From an uncultured bacterium (GTDB lineage Bacteria; Patescibacteriota; Minisyncoccia; Moranbacterales; GWC2-37-73): a stretch of DNA of 64,000 nucleotides. A program made the position numbers and the translations under genes. Shown here one piece after another: positions 17,756-27,137 of the stretch; position 1 is the first letter of the stretch, and each line of letters begins with the position of its first letter. The notes beneath the pieces are model-generated. The model was not told the origin of the DNA and ran no database searches. It was given only the letters and a program-made list of their open reading frames with translations. The DNA is taken from NCBI GenBank assembly GCA_903837175.1, contig CAILTR010000055.1, positions 819 through 64,818 on the forward strand. Direction: 5' to 3'.

Positions 17756-20107
17756 ATGCTTCTAAATATACAACTCCTGTTGCTCGCTGTTTGTGTGATT
17801 GTTTTTATATGGATAAATTCAAAAAATAGAGACTGGCTCGAGAGCATTCGTTCATTTGGTTTCTTGCTCTCATTGTTAATAGTCTTCACCTTTAATCTTA
17901 ACTGGCTTTTAAAAACTCCGCTAACTCTTTGGAATTCGTTTTTTTTCCTTAGTTTGGTTGATGGTGTAGCTATTTATTGGCAGAGGGTTATTCTTAGCGA
18001 TAAATTCAGGAATGATCTTGGTAGGTTAAGAAAAATAGACCTTAAAGAAGCACTGGCTTATTTTCTGAAAAGTCTTATTTTTCCTGGAATTCTTGTTGTT
18101 TTTACATTCTTATACTTTCAAGGAGACATTTCTGTTCCTCGGTACGAGTCTCCAGACCCAGGAGAACATTATTTGCAAATGTCACGTACTGCCCAAACAG
18201 GATTTATGCCATTATTTTTACCCGTGAATGAGATGTATGAAGCATCAGGATTTAATGCGATTTTTCTGCATCATCACGATACTTATTTTCCAGGCGCAAC
18301 AGTGCCGTTTTTCTTTATATATAAAACAATAAATGGCGAAAGCAGTGCGGTATCTCTGCAAGTTTTCAATATATTATTCTATATAATGCTGGTCGTGTAT
18401 CTCTATTTACTTGTCGTTAGGGACTACACATTTAAATGGAGGGCATTGAACGTATTTTTATTTTTAATGCTTTCCTTGGGAACCATCTTCGATTTCTTGA
18501 TAACGTCTTTTTCTACACAGTTATTTGGACTTTTTTTGTTGGTTTGTTTTGCAGATTCGTTTTATGAATTTTATAAGGGAAAGACCTCATTTATCCAGCC
18601 AGCGATTGTATTAAGCTCTTTACTGATGGCTTATGTCTATTGGATTCCAGCTGCATTTCTTTTTATTGGTATTATTGTAATGAAAGAGATTATGGAAAAT
18701 AGGCAAAATGATCTTAATACTCTTTTAAAAAAAATCTTCACTAGAGAGATGTTTCCATTTGTTGCAGTCGCGCTCCTCCTGAGTGTTGGATATATTATTA
18801 ATATGATACGCGTCAGTCTTTTGGGATATTCAACTGCGGATGGGGCATTTAATTTTTACAATCTCTTCATTTCTGACACATTATTACTCTTACCATTCGC
18901 AGCGGTTGGTTTTTATTATCTATTCAAAAAGCAAACTGAAAAGTCATTTTTATTTTTGTTTAGCTTATCAATCCTTAGCTATAGCGGAATACTATATATT
19001 GCATACAAATTCACAACACACATTGTTTCAAATTATGCTAGACTAAAAGTTTTATACATAGCAATTCCAGTGATTTGGATTATTTCGCTCATTGCTTTTG
19101 AGAAAGTTTTTTTATTTGTGATGGAAAAAAGGGGGAAAATATTTTCAAAATTAATTTTTAAAAAGCATCAAGTTTTGATTTACGTTTTTATTTTGGGTTT
19201 TATATTGTCTTTAATTAATATTATATTGGGCGCTAAGCCAAAATTTTTCCCTGTTGTTAAAAATAATATCGAGCACATTATAAGTGCAAATAATAGTCCA
19301 AATTTAACTAAGGATCAAATAGAGCTTTTAAATATTGTTAAAGATAAGTATCGTTTTGCATTAGAAGATAATAGGAGAATGTTTATTATCGCTCCAAGCA
19401 AGACGGCATTGTGGGCTTTTGCATATTCTGGAATTTGGCCTCGCACATATTCATTGCTTGCTGATGATGAAAAAAATAATACCATTTGGTCAAGTATGAG
19501 TTTTTATTCTGCCGGAATAGCAAATTATGGAACATGGCTCAGGAACGATAAAAGTCATATTTTATTATATTTTGATAATTCTGAAAGTGCATCATGGATA
19601 AAGGAAATGGGTTTCAATATCGATGATTATAAAGTTCTTGCTTTTCAGGGTGAGAATAAATTATTGCAGTTAAAAAGTAATTTAATTACGGATTATTCTA
19701 ATGTTAATAATCATCCAGGCTTAAAAAACGCTGAAAAAATAACCTTTCCATACGCTGACGAAATTATTCCGAGCGAGGATTATTTGAAAAGCCTTTCATT
19801 CAAGTTTGCAGTCAGCAATAGAAAGCTTAAGGACACTGATAATTATGATTTTACTTTTTCTGCGGGTGATTGCTCAATGAACGGAGTTGTTATTCTTAGA
19901 AAAGAATTTCCAATAAGTTATTTCAAGGATCTTAATGAAAATGATTTTTTTGAAATCAATTTTGAACACCCCTTGTTAGATTCAAAAAATAAAAAATATT
20001 GCATTAAAATTATGTCGAAGGACGGAGAGGGGAAGGGGTTGCGAATTGTGAGAGTAATTAAAGAAAAAGAACTCGTGTTAAGTGAGATTTATGGCTATCA
20101 AAACTAG
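17756..20107 (+). CDS. Large polytopic membrane protein, probable GT-C fold
   Basis: Many TMs; DPGEH acidic loop motif; soluble C-terminal domain. Confidence 0.6.
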   Translation: MLLNIQLLLLAVCVIVFIWINSKNRDWLESIRSFGFLLSLLIVFTFNLNWLLKTPLTLWNSFFFLSLVDGVAIYWQRVILSDKFRNDLGRLRKIDLKEALAYFLKSLIFPGILVVFTFLYFQGDISVPRYESPDPGEHYLQMSRTAQTGFMPLFLPVNEMYEASGFNAIFLHHHDTYFPGATVPFFFIYKTINGESSAVSLQVFNILFYIMLVVYLYLLVVRDYTFKWRALNVFLFLMLSLGTIFDFLITSFSTQLFGLFLLVCFADSFYEFYKGKTSFIQPAIVLSSLLMAYVYWIPAAFLFIGIIVMKEIMENRQNDLNTLLKKIFTREMFPFVAVALLLSVGYIINMIRVSLLGYSTADGAFNFYNLFISDTLLLLPFAAVGFYYLFKKQTEKSFLFLFSLSILSYSGILYIAYKFTTHIVSNYARLKVLYIAIPVIWIISLIAFEKVFLFVMEKRGKIFSKLIFKKHQVLIYVFILGFILSLINIILGAKPKFFPVVKNNIEHIISANNSPNLTKDQIELLNIVKDKYRFALEDNRRMFIIAPSKTALWAFAYSGIWPRTYSLLADDEKNNTIWSSMSFYSAGIANYGTWLRNDKSHILLYFDNSESASWIKEMGFNIDDYKVLAFQGENKLLQLKSNLITDYSNVNNHPGLKNAEKITFPYADEIIPSEDYLKSLSFKFAVSNRKLKDTDNYDFTFSAGDCSMNGVVILRKEFPISYFKDLNENDFFEINFEHPLLDSKNKKYCIKIMSKDGEGKGLRIVRVIKEKELVLSEIYGYQN

Positions 20108-20131
20108 CAGAAAATTATATGGAGTTTGTTG

Positions 20132-20509
20132 TCAGCGCGTAACTAGGAAAATACCGAAAAGAATGATAAAAATTCCTAGTCCTTGACTAGCATTTATTTT
20201 TTCCCCAAGGAAATAGTAATTGGCTATAATAACAAAAACCAGGGCTATCGAGGTTATGAACGTTGTTATCGTAGTGGAGCTATTTGCCAGGTGGGGGATT
20301 TTGAGGAGACTATTGTTGATCATAATGAAGAATAACCTTGCCATAAAGGCGAAGCCTGCTCCAAGAATAAAATGCCAATCAAGGAGCATTTTAAAAACTC
20401 CCATGGGCGTTAAATTTGACCCATTAATAAAGGACCGCGATCCGGTCAATAGAATTGAAATTACGGTAACTAATGAGAATAGCGCCGTGTAGAGAATGAC
20501 GTATGACAT
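20132..20509 (-). CDS. Small EamA/SMR-like membrane protein (possible lipid-sugar flippase subunit)
   Basis: Four TMs ending FLGEKIN...GIFIILFGIFLV; start reassigned to MSYVIL. Confidence 0.7.
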   Translation of the reverse strand: MSYVILYTALFSLVTVISILLTGSRSFINGSNLTPMGVFKMLLDWHFILGAGFAFMARLFFIMINNSLLKIPHLANSSTTITTFITSIALVFVIIANYYFLGEKINASQGLGIFIILFGIFLVTR

Positions 20510-20519
20510 ATTTTTTCTC

Positions 20520-21320
20520 TTAATTATTATTATTATTTTTATAGCTAAGCCCATAGAGCTTGCTCATTATAATGGCGATTGTTGATGGCAAGAACCGTTG
20601 GAACATTTCTAAATCTTCTTTTTGTCTTCGATTATCGGCAATCCCTTGGCTTGTTGTGCTTTCGGCATAAATCCTGTGTGAAACGAGGGTTTTTTTGACC
20701 CAAATAAAAGCTCCCTTTTTTTCGGCCAAATCGGCCCAAGCTTTCCAGTCCATATTGATACTAAAATTTTTATCAAACTTAAAATCTCCAAGGTTGTTTT
20801 TTTGAAAGGTGACAGTGGGACATCCAATTGGATCTCCAAGGGCGAGCAAACGTTGTTTGTTTTTTGTGAGGCTATTTTTGTTTCTAAAAAATAGTTTCAG
20901 CATTGTTGCTTTAATAAAAAAATTGAGTGATTTTTTTCGGACGAATGTGCGGTTTTTATTAATAACAACCTCATCATAGTTTGAGAAAATAATTAAGGTG
21001 TCCTTTCTGGTTTCAGCTAATTGCAGCACCTCTTTACTGTAATTAGGAAAATAAATATCATCTTGGTGCGCTAGGGTTACATAGTCGGTCGTCGCACTGC
21101 TGAGCGCAAAGTTCCAATCGCTAGCAATACCTTTTCTTTCTGGGTTGATACATAATTTTAAATTGTTTTTAGTTGCAATGTTGGTTAGAAAAGTGCTTGG
21201 AGTCGAAGTGCAAATAATAATTTCACTTTTGGTAGTTTGATTTTTGAGTGAATCAATACATTCTTGTAAATGAGGAGATTCCTTGTATGCTAAAATTGCA
21301 AACGTATGAATTGCTTTCAT
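20520..21320 (-). CDS. Glycosyltransferase family 2
   Basis: LAYKESPHLQECIDSL, GIASDWNFAL and HQDDIY motifs. Confidence 0.9.
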   Translation of the reverse strand: MKAIHTFAILAYKESPHLQECIDSLKNQTTKSEIIICTSTPSTFLTNIATKNNLKLCINPERKGIASDWNFALSSATTDYVTLAHQDDIYFPNYSKEVLQLAETRKDTLIIFSNYDEVVINKNRTFVRKKSLNFFIKATMLKLFFRNKNSLTKNKQRLLALGDPIGCPTVTFQKNNLGDFKFDKNFSINMDWKAWADLAEKKGAFIWVKKTLVSHRIYAESTTSQGIADNRRQKEDLEMFQRFLPSTIAIIMSKLYGLSYKNNNNN

Positions 21321-21325
21321 GCTGA

Positions 21326-21673
21326 TTATTTTTCAGTTAGTTTGCTTAACGCTTCTTTCCTGACAATCTCCGAAACATTTCGCTCAATCCGCTCTAAGAT
21401 GTTGATAACTTTAAAAAGAATTACAAAGACAACCACAAAGCCGATAAAAATAAAAGTATTAAGACTTTCGCCGAAGCCCAATTGTTGGGAGATTTTATGC
21501 GTTGCGTTTGGAAAGAGGGAAAAAGCCGCGATGCTAAGCCAGATTATATTGCTGGTGACGAGTTTAAAAAAAGTTTGGCTCTGCTCTCCTTTTAAAAACT
21601 TTAGCCAAGCGCTAAGCAGGAAACTAAGCGCCCCAAGCGCCATAATAATTCTAAAGATAAAGACTAGGGTCAT
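21326..21673 (-). CDS. DUF2304-like small membrane protein
   Basis: Three TMs, QLGFG, and a C-terminal IERNVSEIVRKEAL coil; usual partner of a DPM1-like GT2. Confidence 0.75.
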   Translation of the reverse strand: MTLVFIFRIIMALGALSFLLSAWLKFLKGEQSQTFFKLVTSNIIWLSIAAFSLFPNATHKISQQLGFGESLNTFIFIGFVVVFVILFKVINILERIERNVSEIVRKEALSKLTEK

Positions 21674-21683
21674 AGGGTTCTTG

Positions 21684-21760
21684 AAGTTATAACGTTTTTA
21701 ACGTTCATAACGTTATAAAGTTATAAAGTAATAAAGTTGTGAAGTAGTAAAATTCTAACG
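21684..21760. repeat. 9-nt-period array (AAGTTATAA/AACGTT family)
   Basis: aagttataacgtttttaacgttcataacgttataaagttataaagtaataaagttg; inverted relative to 22504-22592 and 23485-23563. Confidence 0.85.
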
Positions 21761-22430
21761 TTAAGAACTTTTTAGCACTTTCCAATAACCACCCTTGTCG
21801 GGGCCGATTCTTTTTAAGAGTCCAGCTTTCTTTAGGTTGGTTATATTTTTTTCAATAGCTCGACTGGAGATACCAATTTTATCAGCGATGTCCTCAGCGC
21901 TTAATTTACCATCTTTTTGCAATAAATGCAATATTTTCTCCGAACTTTTCTCCGAACTTTTCTCCGAACTTTTCTCCGAAACGTTTTCTCCAAAAATATT
22001 TACATCAATCCCGCCCGAGACTTCTTTTAGCTCAGGCCTTGGAAGCCCATAAGCCGTAATTTCATCAATAGCTCTTTTTACTCCGCTGCCATATTTTTCA
22101 ATTAGTCCAACCTCTTTGAAAATTTCAGCAATTTTTAAATTTCTAGGGGTAGACTTTTCCGAGCCAGCGTATAAATCCTCGATTGAGATATTAGTTGGTA
22201 ATTTTCCAATGTTCCAGATAACGAGTTTGTTTTGGTAAACCCTAAATTGCGAATGAACTCCACTTCGGTAGTCACGATGGATGATAGCATTTACGATAAA
22301 CTCTCTCACTGCAGAGAGGGGATATTGCCAGCGTTCATCGCGCTCGGGCTTACCAGTGATGATGTATTCCTTGGTTATGTGGGACATGACAAAATCCATT
22401 ACCAGGTCAACCTCGCTCAGTAAATATATT
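21761..22430 (-). pseudogene. 5'-truncated ATP-binding/HTH protein (HATPase_c_4 'RecG C-terminal'-like plus wHTH)
   Basis: YPLSAVREFIVNAIIHRDY, PRNLKIA, IEKYGSG, (SEKS)n linker, HTH ending RIGPDKGGYW. The N-terminal half is missing and the frame runs into a palindrome at 22435. Confidence 0.8.
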
Positions 22431-22434
22431 GTGA

Positions 22435-22467
22435 CGGAGCTAAGCTCCGAATCGGAGCTTAGCTCCG
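22435..22467. repeat. REP-like hairpin doublet
   Basis: CGGAGCTAAGCTCCGA-a-TCGGAGCTTAGCTCCG, a perfect 16-bp IR. Confidence 0.85.
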
Positions 22468-22503
22468 GGATAGCAAACTACAACTAATTAAGTTAAGTTG
22501 GTA

Positions 22504-22592
22504 TTATAACGTTAAGAACATTACAAGCGTTCTAACTTTACAAACATTTTAACGTTACAAGCTTTATAAACGTGCTAACGTTAGGAACTTTT
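22504..22592. repeat. 9-nt-period array, inverted partner of 21684-21760
   Basis: ttataacgttaagaacattacaagcgttctaactttacaaacattttaacgttacaagctttataaacg. Confidence 0.8.
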
Positions 22593-22604
22593 AGAGCCTC
22601 CAAC

Positions 22605-23288
22605 CTACCCTGAAATTATCATCTTAACTAAAGTTTTGAGGCCATTTTTAAGATTCATTTTGTGAACTTTACTCATGGAATATTTAGTATAGCGAACCTC
22701 AATCGGCGTCTCAACGAATTTGAGTTGGTTGCGATGAATTTCGCGGATAACTTCGCTGTCATATTCGTAGCGATCAGTTTTAGTCTCAATCAGGTTGATA
22801 GCTTTTTTAGAATAAGCGCGAAAGCCAGATTGGCTGTCAGTAACCCAAAGTCCATAAATAACTAAGGTACAAAAATTTCCAAAATAGTTAGCGGCAATTT
22901 TCCAAACTGGCATTCCTTTCGGATTTTGTAGTCTAGAACCAAGCACTACGTCATTTCCTTGCTCGATAAAGGCTAGCATTTTTGCAATGTCGCTGGGGTT
23001 GTGTTGGCCGTCTCCGTCAATGGTAACTACAATATCCGCGCCAAGGAGTTTAGCCGCTTCAATTCCAGTTTTAGCTGCCGCGCCCTTCCCCCGATTTAGG
23101 AAGTGCTTTAACGCAATAACTCCAGCTTCTTTCCCAGCTAGCGCATAGGTTTCATCTGCGCTCCCATCATCTATGACGATAATATCGCGATAGCCCGCCG
23201 TCTGAACTTCCTTAATAACAGAAATAATCACCGTCGCCTCATTATACGCTGGGATCAAAATATAAATTTTCTTTGAAATTGTTTCCAT
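22605..23288 (-). CDS. Glycosyltransferase family 2 (DPM1-like polyprenol-P sugar synthase)
   Basis: IPAYNE, DDGSAD, NRGKGAA, DGDGQH and DSQSGFRAY motifs. Confidence 0.92.
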   Translation of the reverse strand: METISKKIYILIPAYNEATVIISVIKEVQTAGYRDIIVIDDGSADETYALAGKEAGVIALKHFLNRGKGAAAKTGIEAAKLLGADIVVTIDGDGQHNPSDIAKMLAFIEQGNDVVLGSRLQNPKGMPVWKIAANYFGNFCTLVIYGLWVTDSQSGFRAYSKKAINLIETKTDRYEYDSEVIREIHRNQLKFVETPIEVRYTKYSMSKVHKMNLKNGLKTLVKMIISG

Positions 23289-23351
23289 TAGTTAACAATA
23301 GCTTAAATATTAGGAAAAGCAATACCGTGGACCATGGGGCACAGGGCCTTA

Positions 23352-23461
23352 AAATTTCGAATTTCCAATTCTGAATTTTGAATCAATTTTGAATTATTTA
23401 ATGTTTCAAACATTGGGTCATTAGAATTTTATTCAAAATTCGAAATTCAAAATTCAAAATT
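23352..23461. repeat. Empty ~110-bp hairpin of 7-nt repeats (AATTTYN family)
   Basis: Arms aatttcgaatttccaattctgaattttgaat / attcaaaattcgaaattcaaaattcaaaatt, symmetric about aatgtttcaaacatt. Confidence 0.85.
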
Positions 23462-23484
23462 ATTTCCGTATTCTAAAATCTACC

Positions 23485-23563
23485 CTTTACTCTTTATCAC
23501 TTTACAAACGTTATGAACGTTAAAAACGTTATAACTTTCAACTTTATTACTTTATTACTTTAT
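23485..23563. repeat. 9-nt-period array containing a perfect 31-bp inverted copy of 21684-21714
   Basis: 23507-23537 AACGTTATGAACGTTAAAAACGTTATAACTT. Confidence 0.9.
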
Positions 23564-23614
23564 TCACCCCGTAAAACTCGATTCTCTCGTCACGGGGCAC
23601 GCTTTCAACTTTCT

Positions 23615-24601
23615 TTATTCCCTAAACCCATCTGGATTTTTTCTGTGCCAATTCCAGGCGGTTTCGACAATCTGCTCAATTTCTGGAAACTGCGGTTGCC
23701 AGCCGAGAATAGCTTGGGCTTTTTGGGAGCTAGCAAAGAGATTAGCTGGGTCGCCATCGCGACGGGGCTCTTCGATAACTTTAAAGTCAACGCCGGTAAT
23801 TTTCTTTGAGATATCAATAACTTGGCGCACCGAAGTTCCTTTTTCATTACCAAGATTAAATTTATTAGAGACATTGTTTTTTTCTAGATAAGTCAGTGCT
23901 AGGACGTGCGCCTCGGCTAAATCATTAACGTGGACGTAGTCGCGAACGCCAGTGCCGTCGGCGGTTGGGAAGTCGGTGCCAAAAACTTTAATGGCGTCAT
24001 GTTTACCTAGCGCCGTTAGCAGAATCAAAGTTATTAGATGAGTTTTATTTTTATGGTCAGCTCCAATTTCGCCTGTTGGGTCAGCGCCAGCAGCGTTAAA
24101 ATAGCGCAGGGCGACGGACTTAAGCCCGTAGGCGTGATCGTAAGCGTCAAGGACTTGCTCAAACATTAGTTTAGTCAGGCCGTAGACGTTGGTTGGATTT
24201 TTTGGCGCAGTTTCTTGGATGGGCATTTCCTCAGGTTCGCCATAGACCGCAGCCGAGGAAGAAAAAATAATTTTTTTTACACCGCGCTCGAGCATGGCTT
24301 CTAAGAGATTAAGCCCACACACAAAATTATTTTCAAAAAATCTTTTTGGGTCAGTCATTGACTCGCCAGCTTCAATACTGCCAGCGAAATGCACTACGCC
24401 GTCAAAAGAGTTTTGGGCAAAAACTTTCTTTAAATCTGCTTTACTGGCTAAATCGCCTTCGAAAAGCTCAAAATCTTTAATTGCATCGCGGTGTCCTGAA
24501 GAAAGATTGTCAAAAATAATAATCTCGTGGCCAGCTTCTTTTAATTTTCGAACCGTGTGGCTTCCGATATAACCTGCGCCACCAGTGACTAATAGTTTCA
24601 T
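23615..24601 (-). CDS. galE: UDP-glucose 4-epimerase
   Basis: VTGGAGYIGSH, FSSSAAVYG, YGLTK, LRYFNAAGA and RDYVHV motifs; start reassigned to MKLLV. Confidence 0.95.
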   Translation of the reverse strand: MKLLVTGGAGYIGSHTVRKLKEAGHEIIIFDNLSSGHRDAIKDFELFEGDLASKADLKKVFAQNSFDGVVHFAGSIEAGESMTDPKRFFENNFVCGLNLLEAMLERGVKKIIFSSSAAVYGEPEEMPIQETAPKNPTNVYGLTKLMFEQVLDAYDHAYGLKSVALRYFNAAGADPTGEIGADHKNKTHLITLILLTALGKHDAIKVFGTDFPTADGTGVRDYVHVNDLAEAHVLALTYLEKNNVSNKFNLGNEKGTSVRQVIDISKKITGVDFKVIEEPRRDGDPANLFASSQKAQAILGWQPQFPEIEQIVETAWNWHRKNPDGFRE

Positions 24602-24640
24602 AAAACATAGAACATAGAACATGGAACATATAGCATAAAC
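24602..24640. repeat. 7-nt repeat arm (AACATAG)n abutting the galE ATG
   Basis: aaaacatagaacatagaacatggaacatatagcata; same family as 28077-28255. Confidence 0.8.
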
Positions 24641-24724
24641 TAGTAAATGCAAATTTAAACTCAAGTTTAAATTGAAATTCGCAAACCATAGTTTATGAAA
24701 TGTCCAATGCCTCGTTTTTAAAAA

Positions 24725-24759
24725 AGAAAAACTGCTACCTTGATAGTAGCAGTTTTTCT
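24725..24759 (-). terminator. Intrinsic terminator hairpin
   Basis: AGAAAAACTGCTAC-cttgata-GTAGCAGTTTTTCT downstream of the lipoprotein gene. Confidence 0.7.
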
Positions 24760-24788
24760 GGGTTTCTTCAACTAACCGGAGGTGCGGT

Positions 24789-25097
24789 CTAAAGTCCGAG
24801 TTCGCCGTCTGGGGTGTCTGTGCCCAGGGCTTTATCGGTGTCTTGAAGCGCTTGGTCGATACCGCTGACTTCGCTGTCGATAGCTTGCTTATTATCGGCT
24901 GGTAGGGGCGCTAATTCAGTAGGCGCAGGTGCCGTAGCCTCTGGGGTGGCTGGCTGAGTCGCTGGGGTAGCTATTGGCGTAGTAGTAATTGGACTTGTCG
25001 TTGTTGATGGTTTAGTGTTAAAGCCACAACCAGAAAAAAGTAAAACTGCTATCGGAAGCATCGAAAGTGCTAAGATACGTTTGAAAGAGGTTTGCAT
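24789..25097 (-). CDS. Small Pro/Thr-rich lipoprotein
   Basis: Lipobox-like LLFSGC followed by a low-complexity T/P linker. Confidence 0.7.
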   Translation of the reverse strand: MQTSFKRILALSMLPIAVLLFSGCGFNTKPSTTTSPITTTPIATPATQPATPEATAPAPTELAPLPADNKQAIDSEVSGIDQALQDTDKALGTDTPDGELGL

Positions 25098-25132
25098 AGT
25101 TTTGTTTCTAATGTTTATAAAGCTGATAAATT

Positions 25133-25822
25133 TTATAAGGTTGGTTCTGTTGCAGGGGTAGTAGTTGTTTTTTGGGTAGCTAGAAATTCTCGGATTGTTT
25201 TTAAGTCAGCTTTAATCGTCTTTTCAAAAAAGCTTTTAATCTCTTGGCGGTCAGCCCTGATCAAATCTGGAACTTTGCGGGCAGTTTCTAATTTAGCTTT
25301 AAATTCTCCTTCGGCTTTTCCACAAGCGAAACTCTGGGTTTCTTCCAAACTTGAGATAAAGGTGGCTTGGTCGGTTTTAAGTTTAGCAATTTTAGCTTGC
25401 AGGGTGGCAAGGTCAGTCTCGAATTGTTTAGTATCAGCACCAGCCGTTTTAAGTTTGGTTAGTAGTCTGGTTAATCTCGTTTGCATATTGCCATAGACGT
25501 TTTCAATCATTTGGCCATTGTTTTCATAACGATTGATTCGGTTAGCAATTTTGGTTTCAAGGTTCTTGCATTTTTCTGCAGTAAGTTTTTCTTTGCTATC
25601 TTTAAATTCTAGACGTTGTTGGGCTAACTCATTTTTTCCGTTTCGAATATCTTCTTTTAAGCCAAGACGTTCATTTCTAAGTTGTTGTCGTTGAGTCTGA
25701 AGCTCACTGCGCGTTTGCGGATTGGGGCTATCAGTGCTTGTTTCGGGAGTGCTCCCGAACGCTGGGATAGTGGGTACTGTTAAGGCAAAAGCCATTGACA
25801 AGAGAACGAGTTTTTTGTTCAT
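25133..25822 (-). CDS. Secreted coiled-coil hypothetical protein
   Basis: Signal peptide, long helical heptads, two Cys. Confidence 0.75.
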   Translation of the reverse strand: MNKKLVLLSMAFALTVPTIPAFGSTPETSTDSPNPQTRSELQTQRQQLRNERLGLKEDIRNGKNELAQQRLEFKDSKEKLTAEKCKNLETKIANRINRYENNGQMIENVYGNMQTRLTRLLTKLKTAGADTKQFETDLATLQAKIAKLKTDQATFISSLEETQSFACGKAEGEFKAKLETARKVPDLIRADRQEIKSFFEKTIKADLKTIREFLATQKTTTTPATEPTL

Positions 25823-25931
25823 TTGTTTGTTTATTAAAATTAATTATTCTAAAAATATTTTTTTAAAACTTCTTTAATTATATCGCAGCTCTGCTAAATC
25901 TCCAAGAGCTTAAAAGTTGCTTGGTTCTCAA

Positions 25932-26059
25932 ATGCTTGTATGATTACATGCTTACATGTTTATATGTTTATATGTTTATATGATTATATGATTGTATGTT
26001 TATATGCTTACATGCTTACATGTTTATATGATTATATGCTTACATGTTTATATGATTAT
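25932..26059. repeat. Tandem array of 16 x 8-nt units ATGHTTRY
   Basis: atgcttgt atgattac atgcttac atgtttat ... atgattat, between divergent genes. Confidence 0.95.
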
Positions 26060-26126
26060 GCCTTTACTGGGCCTGACTTTATGCTATACTTTAAATACGT
26101 TAACTAAAGCTAAATAATTTCAACTT

Positions 26127-27068
26127 ATGCAATCAATTCTTATTGTTGTTCCAGCTTATAACGAGGAAAAAAACATTCCCTTGCTTTATAGTGAGCTTAA
26201 AAAAGTTTTTGTGCCACTGTGCGACAATTACTCCTTTGAAATTTTATTTATTAACGATGGCAGTAAGGACAATACTCTAGGAGAAATTGAAAAATTAGCG
26301 GAAATTGATGAACACGTTAAATATCTGGATTTTTCGAGGAACTTTGGTAAAGAAGTTGCCAGCACGGCAGGTCTGAATAATTGCCAAGCCGATGCTTGTC
26401 TGATGATTGATAGCGACCTCCAACATCCCGTGGAGCTAATTCCGCAGTTTCTTGAAAAATGGCAAGCGGGAGCAGAGGTGGTGGTGGGAATTCGAAAGAA
26501 AAATAAAAGCGATTCAATCGTTAAAAGGTTAGGTTCAGCTTTTTTTTATAAAGTTATTAATTGCATTTCAGAAGTGGAGGTTGTGCCAAATGCAACCGAC
26601 TTTCGACTCTTGGATAAAAAAGTGGTGGAGGAATTTAACCGTTTTTCTGAGACAAATCGGATGACGCGGGCTTTAATAGATTGGCTAGGCTTTAGGCGAG
26701 AGTATATTTATTTTGAGGCGAATGAACGAGTTAATGGTACGGCTAGCTATAGCTTTTGGAAGCTTTTTGGTTTGGCGATGAATAGTTTTGTTTCATTAAG
26801 CTTAATGCCCCTCAAGCTGGCTGGTTATCTTGGCGCTGTGATTACCTTAATTGCTGGGGTTTCTGGCGCTTATATTTTACTGGGAAAATATTTTCTGCAT
26901 TTTACCTTGGCCTCAACTTTTTCAGACTCCGAAAATTTAGCAATCTTAATTTTGTTTTTAGTTGGAATCATGCTGACTTCAATTGGGCTAATTTCTTTTT
27001 ACGTTGCCAATATCCATACAGAAGTTATCAGGAGGCCAATGTATGTAACTAGGAAAAGAGAGTTGTAG
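26127..27068 (+). CDS. GT2, GtrB/ArnC-like with two C-terminal TMs
   Basis: VPAYNEE, NDGSKD, FSRNFGKE, DSDLQHP and DFRLLD motifs. Confidence 0.92.
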   Translation: MQSILIVVPAYNEEKNIPLLYSELKKVFVPLCDNYSFEILFINDGSKDNTLGEIEKLAEIDEHVKYLDFSRNFGKEVASTAGLNNCQADACLMIDSDLQHPVELIPQFLEKWQAGAEVVVGIRKKNKSDSIVKRLGSAFFYKVINCISEVEVVPNATDFRLLDKKVVEEFNRFSETNRMTRALIDWLGFRREYIYFEANERVNGTASYSFWKLFGLAMNSFVSLSLMPLKLAGYLGAVITLIAGVSGAYILLGKYFLHFTLASTFSDSENLAILILFLVGIMLTSIGLISFYVANIHTEVIRRPMYVTRKREL

Positions 27069-27137
27069 ACGGTTGCTTTTTTCAGGAAAATTAGCTAAAA
27101 TTAGGGGTGTAATCTAATTATTTTTTCGTTTAAAAGT

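Noticed and set aside
21933-21990. 12-bp tandem repeat encoding (SEKS)n
   Set aside because: Short repeat linkers before the HTH are common in this protein family; not treated as part of the intergenic system.
24602-24664. N-terminal extensions in the ORF track (also at 12201, 28205, 31432, 52296, 55134, 63939)
   Set aside because: They precede the family-typical start, and several are merely translations of repeat elements.
25932-26059. CRISPR array
   Set aside because: Contiguous 8-nt units with no unique spacers, and no cas genes in the window.
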